64,000 nucleotides of DNA from Mytilus californianus (taxonomy: Eukaryota): the NCBI RefSeq assembly GCF_021869535.1, contig NW_026262667.1:1178001-1242000 (forward strand), read 5' to 3'. This document shows, in pieces, positions 63,707-64,000 of the stretch. The notes beneath the pieces are model-generated. The model searched no databases and was not told the origin of the DNA. It worked only from the letters and a program-made list of their open reading frames with translations. Positions within the stretch are counted from its first letter, which is position 1. Every line of letters starts with the position of its first letter. The translations under genes and the position numbers were made by a program.

Positions 63707-64000
63707 TATACACCGTAAATATCCTTCACAAGTGCATATATATACACCGTAAATATCCTTCACAAGTGCATATATATATACACCGTAAATATCCTTCACA
63801 AGCGCATATATATACACCGTAAATATCCTTCACAAGTGCATATATATACACCGTAGATATCCTTCACAAGTGCATATATATACACCGTAAATATCCTTCA
63901 CAAGTGCATATATATACACCGTAGATATCCTTCACAAGTGTATATATATACACCGTAAATATCCTTCACAAGTGCATATATATATACACCGTAGATATCC
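63707..64000. repeat. 34-36-bp minisatellite, ~9 copies, runs off window edge
   Basis: CACCGTA(A/G)ATATCCTTCACAAGTGCA(TA)n; length varies through the (TA)n tract. Confidence 0.95.

Noticed and set aside
59340-64000. Additional 5' coding exons of grainyhead
   Set aside because: No segment with convincing coding signal and phase-compatible splice sites could be identified by eye.

Overview
AT-rich eukaryotic DNA from an animal genome. The repeat families resemble those of mytilid bivalves (an inference, not checked against a database). 1-30.7 kb: a head-to-tail array of three ~10.0-kb units (505-10509, 10510-20523, 20524-30541), each ending in an intronless, compact (291 aa) Cdc25 M-phase inducer phosphatase gene on the minus strand. 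A fourth, clearly diverged cdc25 paralog is cut off by the left window edge (1-293), and a diverged copy of the upstream region follows at 30.7-35.8 kb. The duplication history therefore has two tiers, one older and one very recent; the middle copy carries an S200L change inside the CX5R active-site loop. 35.8-49 kb: dense nested transposon debris, including a shattered LINE, TTAA-flanked MITEs, a PIF/Harbinger MITE, a Penelope-like RT, Helentron-type elements and a 1.67-kb element with 54-bp TIRs that begin with the RSS heptamer CACAGTG and have a 5-bp TSD (Transib/RAG-like). 50.3-59.3 kb: a 15-exon grainyhead/CP2-family transcription factor gene (minus strand) whose splice phases all fit; its 5' end is not resolved. 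No rRNA, tRNA or CRISPR features were seen. All alignments were done by eye, so counts are minimums and TE boundaries are approximate unless TSDs are given.
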